Assembly: GCF_001194135.2 (NCBI RefSeq) | Contig: NC_068997.1 | Coordinates: 9,067,244-9,131,243, forward strand | Reading direction: 5' to 3' | DNA: 64,000 bases | Source of the DNA: Octopus bimaculoides | Lineage: Eukaryota | In this document: in pieces, positions 62,507 through 64,000 of the stretch | Layout of the letters: each line of letters starts with the position of its first letter | How positions within the stretch are numbered: the stretch's first letter is position 1 | Made by a program: the position numbers and the translations under genes | The notes under the pieces: model-generated | Database searches by the model: none | Told to the model about the DNA's origin: nothing | Seen by the model: only the letters and a program-made list of their open reading frames with translations

Positions 62507-63938
62507 TGCGTGTGAAATATATTTTACATTCAGGGTGTAGCTATTTTGCTTGTTTTTTCCAACAACATCCAGTGTAACTTGCACATTTAAAATCCAAATT
62601 TTTTTCATATATTTTTTATTCATTTTTTCAGAGTTGTTGACTCCCAGTGATTTCAATTCAAATGTGGATAGTAACTTCAGAAATATTGGTCCAAATGTTA
62701 CATTAATAACATTAAATTCTGAAGGTAACTATATTCCAGTTTCACTTTTAGATTTGTGTTTTCTGTTTTATTTGTGTCATAATTGTTAATTAAAAAAAAC
62801 AACAAAAAAAAAAAAACTATCCAGAAAACTCATTGGGACACTTTTAGCAAAAATTATGTAATAAAGTTTGCTAACTTTTAAAATAATTTAAAGAATTAGA
62901 AATAGATAAGAATAATTAAGTCTATAAGCTTGCATTGATTTTGGTATTGAGCTGCACTTTTACAATCAACAGTCCTACCTCTCTGCTGTACCAGAGTGCC
63001 AATGGCTGAGTATTCTACTGACATGTCTCTATTTGTCTGTCTGTCATGATGATGTATGGTTACACAAATATAACTGCTTTTCAGAACATTTTCTTATGAT
63101 TTTTTAAAAATATTTCTCTTTTCACTTTTTAGAGGATTATCCAAATGGGTGCTGGCTTGGTGATGAGCTTAATCTTGAAATGCGGGTGCGTGTGCCTATA
63201 TCTTCAAGGTAAATATTTTTATTGCTAATAAATCACATCTCCTTTTTAACTTTCTAACCTTTTCTGTTCCAACCTGTTTTTGGCCTGTGATGTGAAACTG
63301 TTCATTTTTAAAGTTTACATATTTAAATTAAAACCTTTTGTTGTGATTTTATGTAAGAACATTTTATGAAGTTATTTTCCAAACACTAGTTTCAAAATGA
63401 CAAAGTTATTTTAGTAAATTCCTGAAAATTCTTGTGTGGCACCTTGGGTGAGTGTCTTCTATTATAGCCCCAAGCAGACTAAAGCCTTGTGAATGAATTT
63501 GGTAGACAGAAGCTGAAAAAAAACTCATCATATCTATCTATTTATGTGTGTGTGTGTGTGTCTTTATGCTTCTGTTTGTCCCCCATCATTGCTTAACAAC
63601 TGTTGTTGGTATCTTTTTTTTTTCAGACAACTTCAAGGTCTGGTGTCATCTCCTTAGAAACAACTAATTTTCAAAAGGAATTCTATGATGTTGATATTAA
63701 AAAAATCATTCTGTTAAACACAGAATACTTCAATCTTTATCTTTTGTTTTGAACTCCTATTTGTCTTCTTTCAGTGACCTTCTTCATATTCATTCTAATT
63801 GTCGAACAGCTGAAAAAATGGCATTGACTCTACTTGATTATTTGTTTGACCGAGAAACACAAGCTTGTTCTAATCTGTCTGGTATGGGTAAACATGGCAA
63901 GAAGCAGTTGGATCCTTTGATGATCTATGGCATATGGT
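53435..63938 (+). CDS. BANP: Protein BANP / SMAR1 (BEN-domain transcription factor), 5' part; runs off the window end
   Basis: Exons 53435-53530, 56589-56811, 58259-58356, 59015-59184, 59357-59421, 60654-60677, 61651-61707, 62632-62724, 63133-63208 and 63775-63938 join in frame (355 codons + 1 nt). Motifs ICLRLDSIENKL, IGPNVTLITLNSEEDYPNG.WLGDE, NCRTAEKMALTLLDYLF and SNLSG.GKHGKKQLDPL.IYGI match vertebrate BANP. Confidence 0.95.
54500..54745 (+). mobile_element. RTE-type LINE 3' fragment
   Basis: MDDDSCINKYQVDGTCGRGRHDEVVKSDLKM...KDRNEW. Confidence 0.75.
55743..55995 (+). mobile_element. Possible solo LTR
   Basis: Starts TGTTAAGG, GC-rich, internal TTTTAAA and ATTAAA, ends ccctcttata; no TSD found. 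Confidence 0.25.
56589..56811 (+). CDS. BANP: BANP coding exon 2
   Basis: tctcag| IVMNEVGDPTVALTG...VNPDLSDDS |gtaagc; phase 0 to 1. Confidence 0.8.
56925..57125 (+). mobile_element. RTE-type LINE 3' fragment
   Basis: ECQLRLFGHVV...DPSYCVL...GQPHATWLQ. Confidence 0.65.
58259..58356 (+). CDS. BANP: BANP coding exon 3 (acidic stretch, NLS-like EKRMKL)
   Basis: ttgcag| FSGDEDSCDGEPAEKRMKLEQDINIDMDQSLK |gtaaaa; resembles vertebrate DEDEPALKRQRL...PSIK. Confidence 0.85.
59015..59184 (+). CDS. BANP: BANP coding exon 4 (coiled coil)
   Basis: ttgcag| QILFNINKAICLRLDSIENKLENVGLRTKYLEVKL...TKR |gtaagt. Confidence 0.93.
59357..59421 (+). CDS. BANP: BANP coding exon 5
   Basis: tttcag| STSPSRRSGALIVGLPQDRNS |gtatgt; phase 2 to 1 fits both neighbours. 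Confidence 0.8.
59563..59805. repeat. 60-bp GC-rich minisatellite, ~4 copies
   Basis: Unit cacagactgagggctagcggagagcaatgatacagtgagacagggcgtgtgggtggaaca is aligned line by line at 59581-59800. Confidence 0.95.
60140..60305 (+). mobile_element. Penelope-type terminal-repeat fragment with minimal hammerhead-like motif (second family)
   Basis: TCTTT-CTGTTGA-A-GAGC(gta)GCTC-GAAA-CATC-AAAGA at 60184-60220. Confidence 0.55.
60654..60677 (+). CDS. BANP: BANP 24-nt microexon (EDESQFQK)
   Basis: gtttgtttttcag|aggatgagagtcaatttcagaaag|gtaatt; symmetric phase 1-1, no stop. Confidence 0.6.
60745..60931 (+). mobile_element. Internally deleted mariner element
   Basis: Imperfect TIRs atgaaggggtgctgaaaagttcctggc / gccacgaacttttcagcatcccctcat; interior encodes GLEKLKDCCNKCVNLKEEYVE*, like a mariner C-terminus. 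Confidence 0.8.
60935..61110 (-). mobile_element. RTE-type LINE fragment
   Basis: QVEKLKYFRVVFTSDWRQKTELDARIAG, a post-RT VxxFKYLG motif. Confidence 0.7.
61651..61707 (+). CDS. BANP: BANP 57-nt exon (GIDSDILQTMQLENKDKKG)
   Basis: tcctttttag| ... |gtatgt; symmetric phase 1-1, open. Confidence 0.7.
62632..62724 (+). CDS. BANP: BANP exon (LLTPSDF...IGPNVTLITLNSE)
   Basis: ttttttcag| ... |gtaact; carries the conserved IG.NVTLITLNSE motif. Confidence 0.93.
63133..63208 (+). CDS. BANP: BANP exon (EDYPNGCWLGDELNLEMRVRVPIS)
   Basis: tttttag| ... |gtaaat; matches vertebrate EDYPNGTWLGDENNPEMRVRC. Confidence 0.95.
63775..63938 (+). CDS. BANP: BANP BEN-domain exon
   Basis: tttcag| DLLHIHSNCRTAEKMALTLLDYLFDRETQACSNLSGMGKHGKKQLDPLMIYGIW |gtaagt. 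Confidence 0.96.
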
Positions 63939-64000
63939 GTAAGTAATCCTGTAAATGTGAACTTTTATTAGTTTGTTTATAATTGATTTCTGATACAATG

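Noticed and set aside
2379-63774. U12-type introns
   Set aside because: All donors in both genes are GTAAG/GTATG/GTAAT-type or GCAAGT; none has RTATCCTT

Overview
AT-rich, repeat-dense eukaryotic DNA. The SINE and MITE families look like those of octopus (coleoid cephalopod) genomes; this is my recognition, not a database result. Five N-gaps are present. Two spliced genes lie head-to-head and were reconstructed exon by exon with consistent phases. (1) Minus strand: a complete POGLUT2/3 (KDELC)-type protein O-glucosyltransferase, 9 coding exons from 42237 to 2352, 1536 nt or 511 aa. It has a signal peptide, a filamin/Ig-like domain, a CAP10/GT90 domain, a C-terminal HEEL ER-retention signal and one GC-AG intron. 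(2) Plus strand: BANP/SMAR1 (BEN domain), 10 coding exons from 53435 to 63938 (355 codons), continuing past the window end and including a 24-nt microexon. Introns are filled with tRNA-derived SINEs, RTE, L1-Tx1 and R4-like LINE relics, mariner relics, hAT and piggyBac-type MITEs with intact TSDs, and mini- and microsatellites. Most ORFs in the supplied track are repeat or microsatellite noise. The most intriguing unexplained element is a ~250-nt GC-rich, multi-hairpin island at 38509-38825 in KDELC intron 1. It has a PSE-like plus TATA arrangement, no internal T4 and a terminal TTTT on the minus strand, making it a candidate unannotated Pol III (type 3) ncRNA. Three decayed Penelope-type minimal hammerhead-ribozyme motifs are also present.
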